Shown: one piece after another, positions 1-9,961 of the stretch
Numbering within the stretch: the first letter of the stretch is position 1
Layout: the number at the start of each line of letters is the position of its first letter
Sequence record: OQ992561.1
Reading direction: 5' to 3' (one strand)
DNA length: 64,000 nt
Made by a program: the position numbers and the translations under genes
The notes under the pieces: model-generated
The model's input: only the letters and a program-made list of their open reading frames with translations
Told to the model about the DNA's origin: nothing
Databases searched by the model: none

Positions 1-1
1 T

Positions 2-1513
2 ACCGGTAGATTTCCTTTGGTTGACATTTCTGTTAACGGTGATCCATCTGGTAAACTTACTGATCTCTCAGATCGTTGGATCAAACTTCTCACTACATTT
101 CCTAATAATGAGAATGGTTACTTAAGTAAAGAAACTGCTATTAAAAATGCAGAAAGGCTAAAAGAATTAAAAAGTAAATACTCAACCATGGAAGGCATGT
201 ATTTACAAATTAATCAACGCCTAAATTCATTTAAGGAATGCGCATCTATTACTTGCCCATCATGCACTCATTCATTTAAACCTGGTGTTAGTGAACAAGA
301 TATCACAATAGCAGAAGAGCGCAAAGCTAAGTTAGATGAAGCGATGGATAGCTGTTCAAATGAGATCAAGGTTCTTGAACAGTACATGACTGACTTCAAT
401 GAATATGTAAGTTATGTACATGGCTACGTTCAATTAACGAAAGAGTATAACGAATTTGATACATTATGGAACTATGTAGCTGAACATGTCGTAATGTATC
501 GCACACCAGCAAAATATATAAATGATGCATTAGACTGGCGAGATGCAATGCAGCAACTCATTGTCTCTAAGCAAGCTCATGCGGAAGCTACTTTATTAGC
601 TCAACGACTACGTGTTATTGCTGAGATGGATCAAGATGCATTAGGATTCATTAAGGCACGTACAACTGCACTAGAAACTGAAATTAATAATAAAACACAT
701 GTAGCAACTGACTTACAAAGAAAAGCAGCTCATTTCAATAAAGCTGGTAATGCTATTCGTGAATGGGAAGATAAGTATCATTCTTTTATTGAACGGTGGG
801 AGCAGTTTATTAAAAAGATAGTGGATACAGCTGACAACTTTGTAGATAAGGCATACCAAGCGGAGATTGATGCTGTTAACTTAGAACTATCTAGTGTACA
901 TAGCCGTTTAAGTGAAATGGAACGTCATGAAGAACGTATTAAAGTTTTAGAATCAGAAGTTAACCATGCACAACAAATGGCTACTGATTTAGCTATTCTT
1001 GAAAAAGCACTATCGCCAAAAAGTGGTATTCTTGGTCGTTATTTATTAGGTTTCTTACAAGGAGTAGTTAAACTAGTAAATGCATACATCAATGAGATTT
1101 GGACTTATAGGTTAGAAGTATTACCTTCTAATGTTGACAAAGATGGCATGGATTATAAGTTCCCAATGCATATTGCAGGTGGCGATGTTCAGCCACCGGA
1201 CATTGAATACGGGTCTGACTCACAATTAGAGATTGTTGATTTTGCTTTTAGAATGGCTATCTTGAAATTTTTACATCTAGATGACATGCCCCTTTTCTTA
1301 GATGAATTTAGCAGGACTTTTGATGAACAACATCGAGCCAATGCTATTCCATTCATTAACAGGTTAATTGAAAATGGCATTGTTAATCAAGTGTTCTTCA
1401 TCAGCCACTTTGAATCAACACACGGTGCATTTAACCAAGCTGAATTTATTGTACTTGATCCAGCTAATATTAGTACTCCAGAAGTATTTAATAAAAATCT
1501 AGTATTAAAATAA
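2..1513 (+). CDS. sbcC: SbcC/Rad50-like ABC ATPase, C-terminal part (5'-truncated by window edge)
   Basis: Frame open from base 2; CPSC zinc-hook-like motif, long coiled coil, degenerate signature YGSDSQ, Walker B PLFLDE, H-loop FISH. Confidence 0.85.
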   Translation, partial: TGRFPLVDISVNGDPSGKLTDLSDRWIKLLTTFPNNENGYLSKETAIKNAERLKELKSKYSTMEGMYLQINQRLNSFKECASITCPSCTHSFKPGVSEQDITIAEERKAKLDEAMDSCSNEIKVLEQYMTDFNEYVSYVHGYVQLTKEYNEFDTLWNYVAEHVVMYRTPAKYINDALDWRDAMQQLIVSKQAHAEATLLAQRLRVIAEMDQDALGFIKARTTALETEINNKTHVATDLQRKAAHFNKAGNAIREWEDKYHSFIERWEQFIKKIVDTADNFVDKAYQAEIDAVNLELSSVHSRLSEMERHEERIKVLESEVNHAQQMATDLAILEKALSPKSGILGRYLLGFLQGVVKLVNAYINEIWTYRLEVLPSNVDKDGMDYKFPMHIAGGDVQPPDIEYGSDSQLEIVDFAFRMAILKFLHLDDMPLFLDEFSRTFDEQHRANAIPFINRLIENGIVNQVFFISHFESTHGAFNQAEFIVLDPANISTPEVFNKNLVLK

Positions 1514-1523
1514 TTATAAGCAA

Positions 1524-1554
1524 CATAAGCCCTCCCGCAATGGGAGGGCATTAT
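1524..1554. terminator. Bidirectional intrinsic terminator (CCCTCCC family)
   Basis: gccctccc-gcaat-gggagggc (one mismatch) with cataa/ttat flanks, between convergent genes. Confidence 0.8.
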
Positions 1555-1555
1555 A

Positions 1556-1732
1556 TTAGTAACTATCTTTATAAGTGCTATTAAGTGAAACACTTTCAAA
1601 ACTCTTTTTATTTTTATCAGCCTCAACAAAGTCTTTACCAACTGATTGTGGTACACCAACTTTCTTAGCAAACTTCTTATCATTGGCTACAGCAGCCATG
1701 AAGTTATGTTGTTTTTTACTTTTACTAGGCAT
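1556..1732 (-). CDS. Small basic conserved phage protein, 58 aa (MPSKSKKQHNFMAAVANDKKFAKKVGVPQSVGKDFVEADK...), absent from ORF track
   Basis: Hand translation; GAGGA Shine-Dalgarno 7 nt upstream; stop lies just before the terminator; the motif is recalled from widespread small phage proteins. Confidence 0.8.
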   Translation of the reverse strand: MPSKSKKQHNFMAAVANDKKFAKKVGVPQSVGKDFVEADKNKKSFESVSLNSTYKDSY

Positions 1733-1763
1733 CGTATATTCCTCTAAGTTTTCACAACTACAC

Positions 1764-1789
1764 TAAAAAATAATTAAGATATATATTAC
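1764..1789 (+). promoter_or_regulatory. phiKZ-type early promoter
   Basis: A-tract then AAGATATATATTAC (core TATATTAC 1782-1789) 35 nt upstream of the ORF at 1824. Confidence 0.7.
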
Positions 1790-1823
1790 TACTATGCATA
1801 CAATATCTTAAGAGGTTAATGAC

Positions 1824-2219
1824 ATGTTTAATCAACAATATAATCCAAATAGTTCAGCTAAGGTAATGGAGACATTACATGCCTGTGCTAAACTTATTAA
1901 GGAAATGTTTTATTATAATGATCAATATGTTCAAGTAGAATCGGCTTATACAGATGATCCAATCCAAGCATCCATTGAAACAGTAAATGATGGGTATTAC
2001 AGATTAGTTATTCAAGACACCACACCAGATAGTACGTGGCCAGTGTGGGCAGTTGTTTTTATCAGACAACGTGGTGGAGATATTAAGTGTCTCCATATTA
2101 TCAATCGTATTACTGGAGTATCTGCAAATATAGATACGCAATTCAACTGTGATTCTTTTTACTCTGTTATTGATTTACTATTAGATCATTATCGAGTATT
2201 AACTTCGATGGAATACTGA
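1824..2219 (+). CDS. Hypothetical early protein
   Basis: ORF with GAGG SD, between promoter and terminator. Confidence 0.8.
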   Translation: MFNQQYNPNSSAKVMETLHACAKLIKEMFYYNDQYVQVESAYTDDPIQASIETVNDGYYRLVIQDTTPDSTWPVWAVVFIRQRGGDIKCLHIINRITGVSANIDTQFNCDSFYSVIDLLLDHYRVLTSMEY

Positions 2220-2230
2220 TATACATATTA

Positions 2231-2255
2231 CCCTCTCCTTCGGGAGGGGGTTTAT
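2231..2255 (+). terminator. Intrinsic terminator, UUCG loop
   Basis: ccctctcc-ttcg-ggaggggg then ttt. Confidence 0.8.
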
Positions 2256-2278
2256 ATCGCATTAATTTTTTTATTACA

Positions 2279-2305
2279 CTAAAAAAAGTTTAAGATCTAT
2301 ATTAC
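2279..2305 (+). promoter_or_regulatory. phiKZ-type early promoter
   Basis: TAAAAAAAGTTTAAGATCTATATTAC, core 2298-2305. Confidence 0.7.
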
Positions 2306-2360
2306 AGACATGTATCTATATTGGATACTTATTAAAACTTAATGATTAGGAAAATAGAAA

Positions 2361-2567
2361 ATGAAAGTACTAAAGATCGCAGCTGCAATTATCTCAACTG
2401 GTGCCCTCGCTGTTGCCGCTATTAATCTATATAAGGCCGTTTCTAAATCAACCGTTATTGATGACACCGTAGCTGATGATGATACGGTACTAGACAGTGA
2501 AGTAGATATTCTAACTGATGAGCTAGATAAAATCGATATTGATGATAGTGCTCAACAAGTCGATTAA
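2361..2567 (+). CDS. Small early protein, N-terminal hydrophobic helix and acidic tail
   Basis: ORF; IAAAIISTGALAVAAINLY followed by an Asp-rich C-terminus. Confidence 0.75.
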   Translation: MKVLKIAAAIISTGALAVAAINLYKAVSKSTVIDDTVADDDTVLDSEVDILTDELDKIDIDDSAQQVD

Positions 2568-2585
2568 ATAATAGGGTTATCGCTA

Positions 2586-3014
2586 ATGGCGGCATTCACT
2601 TTAGCAAACTTAATGGGTGAGCTAAAGAAGAGTTCCGTCATTGACTTATTCAACGATGGAAAGGTCAAGGCAGAACTCTATCCAGCTCATATGACATATA
2701 TGGGTAGTGTGGTTGACTTACATCGTGTAGGCGATACATTCAGCTTCTATGTTGCAGATGGACATGGAGGCGTCACACGCTATCCATGTAGTAATCAGAT
2801 TCTTGAATCGATAACATTAGAACCAGATGTTTATTATAAGTTAACTGGTAAAAAAGTTATTGAGAAAAGAATTGAATTACCAGCTGTTACAGTACCAATT
2901 GAAGAACCCGCTAAGCGCATGCCGCTGGAAACAATCACATCAGTTGCTGTTATTGGCGGGTTTATTTTGTACGTTGGTACACGGTTTTATAAAGCATGTA
3001 AAAAATTAAAATAA
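2586..3014 (+). CDS. Hypothetical early protein with C-terminal hydrophobic helix
   Basis: ORF; ITSVAVIGGFILYVGTRFY. Confidence 0.75.
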   Translation: MAAFTLANLMGELKKSSVIDLFNDGKVKAELYPAHMTYMGSVVDLHRVGDTFSFYVADGHGGVTRYPCSNQILESITLEPDVYYKLTGKKVIEKRIELPAVTVPIEEPAKRMPLETITSVAVIGGFILYVGTRFYKACKKLK

Positions 3015-3021
3015 TACGGTC

Positions 3022-3720
3022 ATGCAGTATACTTTAGGTACAATAACCCTAGAGGAAACTGCAATGGCCGTATTAGACCGTCAATTTAATATTCGTTTAA
3101 ATGGTGCTGATTTAGATAAACAAAAGCGAATTATTAAAGAAATTTATACCAGGATTGCAAATGTGAATAACACAGTAATCAATGGTACTACTGTAAGACT
3201 GATTTTATTTGTTAAAGCTAATGGCCAAGTGGCTACTGGAAGCGATGCTATTAAACTAATCAACGATGCAGAAACTAATCTACAGGCGTGGGTTCTTTCT
3301 AATCGCTTTATCTTTAAATGGATGTTTAGCCATGCTAGTGATTTTGGTGCAATCTCTTCCAATTTTGAAGAAGTTTCACCAGGTGTTTATGATTGGAGTA
3401 AACGCCGTAGCTTTAATAAAGAATTTGATGATGAGCTAGCTAAAGCAAAAGAACGAAAACTAATTCGTCAAAATAAACCTACTCTATTTAAAACTATTAA
3501 GAAAGTAGGTAAAGCTGCATATGAAACTATTTCAGATAACTCAACTGCAATCGTAAGTTTAACTGCTATTGGACTATTAGCTCTTAAAGTAACATCTGAT
3601 CATAATCAAGTTATTAACCAAATGAATGTTATTAAGAAATCAATTGGTAATATTGAGCTACCACCTGTTGAAGTAATCGTAAATACAGTTGGTGATGTAT
3701 TAGATATCGATTTGTATTAA
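3022..3720 (+). CDS. Hypothetical early protein with hydrophobic helix near C-terminus
   Basis: ORF; TAIVSLTAIGLLAL. Confidence 0.8.
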   Translation: MQYTLGTITLEETAMAVLDRQFNIRLNGADLDKQKRIIKEIYTRIANVNNTVINGTTVRLILFVKANGQVATGSDAIKLINDAETNLQAWVLSNRFIFKWMFSHASDFGAISSNFEEVSPGVYDWSKRRSFNKEFDDELAKAKERKLIRQNKPTLFKTIKKVGKAAYETISDNSTAIVSLTAIGLLALKVTSDHNQVINQMNVIKKSIGNIELPPVEVIVNTVGDVLDIDLY

Positions 3721-3729
3721 GTGCATAAC

Positions 3730-3750
3730 GCCCTCCCATTACGGGAGGGC
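3730..3750. terminator. Bidirectional terminator (CCCTCCC family)
   Basis: gccctccc-attac-gggagggc between convergent genes. Confidence 0.85.
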
Positions 3751-3765
3751 TATATGTCGTTAATA

Positions 3766-4311
3766 TCAATCGTTTTCTAATTCTTTTTCTCGTGCAGCAT
3801 CCATCCGCTCCATAAATGCATTGGATTCCTCCATGATGATACCGATTTCAGTTTCACCTTCTTCAATAGTGTAATTCTCAAATTCCTCATCAGGAATATC
3901 TGGAATCTCACGTGGTGTTGCAGGGACATCATTCGGATCACGTATTAATGGATTACGGTTCATTTGCATCTTAACGAATTCAGCAAAGCCTTCAGCAAGT
4001 TCACGGTTAGAGCGTGCACCCTCAGAATCAACTTGAATACGACGGTTAGCAATTGTTGTCTTATCCATTGAATCTGTTAATTTAAGAATCATATCAACTG
4101 ATTCTTTATCAGTAGGTACTTTACCAGTTGTATTTTCTAATACAGCTTTTAGTACTTTCTCTTTAACTGATTGTGTATACCGTATCTGCTGCTCATATTC
4201 TAGATCAGCATATACCTTTTCTTCTGTAGTTGATGATTTCTTTTCTAAAGGCTCATCAGATAAATCTGCACCATGGAACATTTTATTATCCTCTAATAAC
4301 ATACTTACCAT
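3766..4311 (-). CDS. Hypothetical acidic protein
   Basis: 181-aa ORF ending at a shared terminator; start uncertain. Confidence 0.75.
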   Translation of the reverse strand: MVSMLLEDNKMFHGADLSDEPLEKKSSTTEEKVYADLEYEQQIRYTQSVKEKVLKAVLENTTGKVPTDKESVDMILKLTDSMDKTTIANRRIQVDSEGARSNRELAEGFAEFVKMQMNRNPLIRDPNDVPATPREIPDIPDEEFENYTIEEGETEIGIIMEESNAFMERMDAAREKELEND

Positions 4312-4343
4312 ATGCTAAGTATCTGAAAAATAGGTCCTATATC

Positions 4344-4868
4344 ATGTTTAAGAAACTTATTCAATATTTCCGGGGCTTCCAAAAGGAAGTTGGTAAAGAA
4401 CAACTTCTAACTGAATTAGAACGGATAGATAAAGATATTATTTCAGGTGAAGAACGATTAAAAGCTATTAATAATTTCTGGCAATTAATTAATCTGGATG
4501 AATTAAAAACTCTGACCATCAGGAAGATGATAGGTGTTCCTGTCTATCTAAGACATTACAGTATTGGTTATTTATTAGATGCTCTAACTAGGTTAAATGA
4601 TCATATTGCAAATGAAGATGATCTAAAGATTAGTGAAATGTGTCGTACTGAGTTTATCGACAGGAAATCAATTGACCTTGATGAATATTTTATAAACAGT
4701 AATGATAGTTTTATTGATGTATGTAAATCTATTGAAACTATGCGTGACTTAATTTGGCAACAAACTGAATATCTTGAACAGATTAACCATCAAGCATATC
4801 AGCGCCAGATGGATAGAATGTACTATGATATTATTGAACTATCAAGAGCAATTATTAAGTTACTATGA
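4344..4868 (+). CDS. Hypothetical helical protein (start revised to ATG 4344)
   Basis: In-frame ATG with AGG upstream avoids overlap with the divergent gene. Confidence 0.7.
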   Translation: MFKKLIQYFRGFQKEVGKEQLLTELERIDKDIISGEERLKAINNFWQLINLDELKTLTIRKMIGVPVYLRHYSIGYLLDALTRLNDHIANEDDLKISEMCRTEFIDRKSIDLDEYFINSNDSFIDVCKSIETMRDLIWQQTEYLEQINHQAYQRQMDRMYYDIIELSRAIIKLL

Positions 4869-4938
4869 GGTGCAGACTATACAAGTATAAATTAATATAA
4901 AGTGTGTTTATTATCAATTCACCGTAGGTGTAAAAAAG

Positions 4939-5700
4939 ATGGAATCTGTAAAAGACTTATTAAGCGATCCTCAAAAAGGATTAAGGCAGGCAGAAGGGGT
5001 TTTGTGTTATGTTTTCCGGGAAGTACTACTGTGGCGTAATATGACACAGTTTGCTTGGGATAAACGTTTGAATGCATACTTTCAAAAACCACATAACAAG
5101 AATAACCCAGATAAAGGTAATCTTAATAAAGCACTTAAAGCTGATACAATGAGTTGGGATGGCTTTAAGAAAGCTATTGATTTCTTATCACCTGTTAAAG
5201 CAACATTAGAGGTACGTCTGATTTGGGGTACATCAAAACCTGATTCAGTTTATACGATCAATATCGATCCAACTGAAGATGAGGTAACTTGCTCTGCAAA
5301 TGATTTCCCCTATGAAGAATGTGAAATTTTTAAGAATCAAAAACCAGCTACAACTACAATGGCCCATCTGTATAGGCATATTCTCTGGAAAGAAGGAATT
5401 AACCAGGAGAAGTGGGATAAGCTATGGGAAGAGTTTTTAAATAATCCAGTCAACCTTGTAGGATTGGATAAAAAGAAACTTACCTCATTGGCTAATACAC
5501 AAAGGCGTGGTTTACTATCGCCCAATATGTCTTGGAATACATTAAGACGTGGATTCCTACTACTACGGCCTAAAGAGGAGAGATACACTCTTTCTCTACA
5601 ATGGACTGATGATCCTAATCTTCGAGATAAACTAGAGGACAGTGTGCATATTGTTCCTGTACCTGATCCTCATTGGGTGGAGCCTAATTCAAATGAATAA
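4939..5700 (+). CDS. Hypothetical protein with two tandem internal repeats
   Basis: Two ~100-aa units share the pattern (F/Y)R..L....I/M....WDK......MSW......L.P. Confidence 0.8.
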   Translation: MESVKDLLSDPQKGLRQAEGVLCYVFREVLLWRNMTQFAWDKRLNAYFQKPHNKNNPDKGNLNKALKADTMSWDGFKKAIDFLSPVKATLEVRLIWGTSKPDSVYTINIDPTEDEVTCSANDFPYEECEIFKNQKPATTTMAHLYRHILWKEGINQEKWDKLWEEFLNNPVNLVGLDKKKLTSLANTQRRGLLSPNMSWNTLRRGFLLLRPKEERYTLSLQWTDDPNLRDKLEDSVHIVPVPDPHWVEPNSNE

Positions 5701-6133
5701 TCCAGAAACCCCATGGGTACAAAATAATTATCCTGTAGATAGCATCATTGTAGATCAGAGCGGTAATACACCGCTCCCTGATCTATTTCAGTTTAATGGA
5801 AAAGAGAAGAAGACCACACTTGATAATGAGAATTTCTTTTCATTCAAAGGTCTTCGGATGTATCTCATCACTGGTAAAAAAGAAAAGGCTTTTCTTCAAC
5901 CAGAGGTTAATTCCCATTATAAATTAGACTATGGTTTAAAGTATCAATACGTAGATGGACTTACCAATATCCTTCGTGATACCCTATTATTAAATCTTAA
6001 TAGTCGACCATTCGTTTTATTTAAAGCAAAAAGTTTTGGTCCATTAGTTTTATCAGGAGCAAACCTAACCATTCAAGAAAAAGAATGGTTTGAAATTGTT
6101 TGTGATGTTATTAAATCAATCAAACAGAGATAA
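5693..6133 (+). CDS. Hypothetical protein (start revised to ATG 5693)
   Basis: Start overlaps the upstream stop (ATGAATAA). Confidence 0.7.
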   Translation: MNNPETPWVQNNYPVDSIIVDQSGNTPLPDLFQFNGKEKKTTLDNENFFSFKGLRMYLITGKKEKAFLQPEVNSHYKLDYGLKYQYVDGLTNILRDTLLLNLNSRPFVLFKAKSFGPLVLSGANLTIQEKEWFEIVCDVIKSIKQR

Positions 6134-6137
6134 CTTA

Positions 6138-7064
6138 ATGCATACTGAACATAGCCTTAAAATCAGTAAAAAGATTAACTTCCTTGTGCAAGTAGAAGCA
6201 CGTATTAATGAACTATATCAGCAAAGACAAAATATGTCAATTGATCAATTCTCAAAAGAATTTTTCAATGAATCACCTGATGTAGTTAAACAAGCTATCA
6301 CTGAGCTATATACAACATATCCATTCCAAGATGAAACTAATCCAAAACGGCAAAACCTTCGTTTAGCTATATTTATCCACGATAATGATGTTAGTTGGAT
6401 TAGTTCAATTCTAGGCGTAGATGAATTTAATAATGTTTTAAGGCACGCAGATATTTTTTATAATTATGTTAGTAGTTGCGAGACTGTTGTTCAGCGTAAT
6501 TATTATGCGTCTTTACCAGATTACCGTGGCTACATGTATGCTATCTATGAAGAGGCATTCAACCGCGTTGCCCCACTAGTCAATAAGTATTTAGATATTG
6601 ATGCACATGACAGTGTTTCATTTTTAGAAACACCCCATGTTCTACCAAAAAAGAGTGTATCTATTAAAGATATTATTGATCCATTTGGTCCATATAAACC
6701 TAATTACTGTATTAGTGATATTTATAGTGCACAAGCTACACAAGTAACAGAAAATACATATATCGCAGTTAATACATTTATCCGTACTGAGGTATATGAA
6801 AGACTATGTGCTGAAGGCGATACTGTAGATAAGATTGTTATTTCAGATAAACAAAGTATTATTAATGATGAGGATTATATTAAACTAGTCCAAGATAAGA
6901 TTAATGCATTCCATAAAGAAATGGTAGATAATGATTTTATACTTTATGCGCCGTTTAATATGTCCAGGTTAATTTATGTAATGAAGGCTAAATATCCGAT
7001 TAAAGTTACTATTAGTTGTAAGGGATTCAAGCATATTGGAAAATTTATTGCTTATAAAAAATAG
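6138..7064 (+). CDS. Hypothetical protein
   Basis: Long ORF; ATG 6138 follows the previous stop. Confidence 0.75.
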   Translation: MHTEHSLKISKKINFLVQVEARINELYQQRQNMSIDQFSKEFFNESPDVVKQAITELYTTYPFQDETNPKRQNLRLAIFIHDNDVSWISSILGVDEFNNVLRHADIFYNYVSSCETVVQRNYYASLPDYRGYMYAIYEEAFNRVAPLVNKYLDIDAHDSVSFLETPHVLPKKSVSIKDIIDPFGPYKPNYCISDIYSAQATQVTENTYIAVNTFIRTEVYERLCAEGDTVDKIVISDKQSIINDEDYIKLVQDKINAFHKEMVDNDFILYAPFNMSRLIYVMKAKYPIKVTISCKGFKHIGKFIAYKK

Positions 7065-7077
7065 TAGTTTTTAATAT

Positions 7078-8212
<1,135 letters not shown>

Positions 8213-8220
8213 CAGCATAA

Positions 8221-8241
8221 GCCCTCCCATTACGGGAGGGC
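8221..8241. terminator. Bidirectional terminator (CCCTCCC family)
   Basis: gccctccc-attac-gggagggc, identical core to 3730-3750. Confidence 0.85.
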
Positions 8242-8261
8242 ATTATGTCTTTTTTTTATTT

Positions 8262-9074
8262 TTAACGCATGAAGCCAGGGCGCCTATGTTTAACTGGTGA
8301 AATATCCCAGCCAAGACTTTTCGCTAGATCTGTCACATTGGTGATATCAGAACATTCAAAACCCATGTTAATTTGACGTTCACGTTCACGCTGTACCTGA
8401 TATAGAGTATCAGGCGTGATAACCATTAATTGATCTTCATAGTTCTCTAATGCAGGGGAATTCCATTTATTAGCACCGTAAATACCACCTTCCCCAACCA
8501 TATCCCAAGTTGAAATCTCACGGGTATATTTGATACCGCGCATAGGATCATCTTGAGTTATTGACCTTACCGAGCAATAAGTATTCTGAGAAGGATTGGT
8601 AATAGATGCTTCGAAGTACTTACCAAAAGGACCGTATGGTTTGCATTTGCCAAGTACTAGTTTAATAGGAAGACCTTTCTCATCTGTAGAATCAACCAGA
8701 ATAAGTTCCTTAATATGCGCACACACACGATCATCATCGATTTGACGAATTCGCATTAGGTACTCATGTTCATTCATCCGTGTGCCATCTTTACGATAGG
8801 GTTCAGGGTGTTTGTATTCCATGAATAGAACACCCTTTTTAACACGGCGCATTAAAGGTGAGTCTGGATTAAACATAGATACGCCGGATGCCATTTCATA
8901 GAACATACCAGCTGAATTTCGGGTACCATAAGCTCCTAGTGGAGTTAGATAGTAACCATCCGCATCAGGTACTAATACACCTTTTTTATTAGTACCGGCT
9001 AACATATCACTGCCGATAACTACTTGGTTATTAGTACGCTGTTGCAAACCAGAAAAATTAGAATATGGTTGCAT
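8262..9074 (-). CDS. Head maturation protease (phiKZ gp175-like)
   Basis: 270 aa; EYKHP His motif, CSVRS Ser motif, TWDMV; C-terminal ALE/GFE possible autocleavage sites; synteny upstream of vRNAP genes. Confidence 0.75.
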   Translation of the reverse strand: MQPYSNFSGLQQRTNNQVVIGSDMLAGTNKKGVLVPDADGYYLTPLGAYGTRNSAGMFYEMASGVSMFNPDSPLMRRVKKGVLFMEYKHPEPYRKDGTRMNEHEYLMRIRQIDDDRVCAHIKELILVDSTDEKGLPIKLVLGKCKPYGPFGKYFEASITNPSQNTYCSVRSITQDDPMRGIKYTREISTWDMVGEGGIYGANKWNSPALENYEDQLMVITPDTLYQVQRERERQINMGFECSDITNVTDLAKSLGWDISPVKHRRPGFMR

Positions 9075-9085
9075 AACGCAACTCC

Positions 9086-9814
9086 TTAGGTCCTGAGGAG
9101 TTCTTCAATAAGCTCTACTGACTCAGATGGGTTAACAAGTGCTGATGTGATACCTTGATCAAAATAAGCCCCATTGAGTTTTGATGTTGTGTCTGAAGTA
9201 TTCCAGATAACTGAACGGAATGGTACGTCGACTGGTGGATTATCCACGATATCACTGTGTCTAGTTAACACATGTCGATATAGTTGTGATATATCATCCG
9301 AGGCACGCTGAGTGGTTGAAATAATAAGTTGTAATGTAGGCCATCCACCAAGGTTAACACCAGCGTGTAAATTAGCTGTCTCAAATAATTTGGCTTTGTC
9401 ATAATAGTTAATATACCAAGGGAAGTTTCCTTTGTTAATTAACTCATCATAGACATAGTAAGTTAATGTATCATTAACAACTAAGTAAGTATTCTGGAAA
9501 ATCTTACTACCTTTATCAAAATGAAATTCTAGATAAACTTCACCATTGATGTGGACGCGTTCAGTAGAGATTGGATTTATCCGCATCATTGCAATGGTAT
9601 TATTTACTGCGTAATATTCATCATTAAAAATAATAGGAAATATACCAATAGTGAATACTTCACTACCAATAACAGCTAGATGTCTTCCTGTAAATCTTTC
9701 TGGAATCTGTATTTTACATGGGGCATTAGTTACTACTGAATTATCTTCTAAATCAGTTAGATGACTGTGGACCCGTTCTGGATCCCGTCGAAGAGAACGT
9801 ACGTCCATTATCAT
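9086..9814 (-). CDS. Conserved virion-block protein (gp176-like)
   Basis: 242-aa ORF; synteny. Confidence 0.6.
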   Translation of the reverse strand: MIMDVRSLRRDPERVHSHLTDLEDNSVVTNAPCKIQIPERFTGRHLAVIGSEVFTIGIFPIIFNDEYYAVNNTIAMMRINPISTERVHINGEVYLEFHFDKGSKIFQNTYLVVNDTLTYYVYDELINKGNFPWYINYYDKAKLFETANLHAGVNLGGWPTLQLIISTTQRASDDISQLYRHVLTRHSDIVDNPPVDVPFRSVIWNTSDTTSKLNGAYFDQGITSALVNPSESVELIEELLRT

Positions 9815-9887
9815 GTCCTAATTGTTCATTTATGTAAAGATTAAAATACTTAATCAAAATCATGCACCTTTAAATATTCGCTGTATT

Positions 9888-9915
9888 ACTCCGGTATCCT
9901 TCCAAATACCGGAGT
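9888..9915 (-). terminator. Hairpin/terminator
   Basis: Perfect 10-bp stem actccggtat/ataccggagt downstream of 9962-11521. Confidence 0.6.
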
Positions 9916-9961
9916 TTATCATCGATTGCATGTTTTAATGATTATTAACCATTAAGATAAT

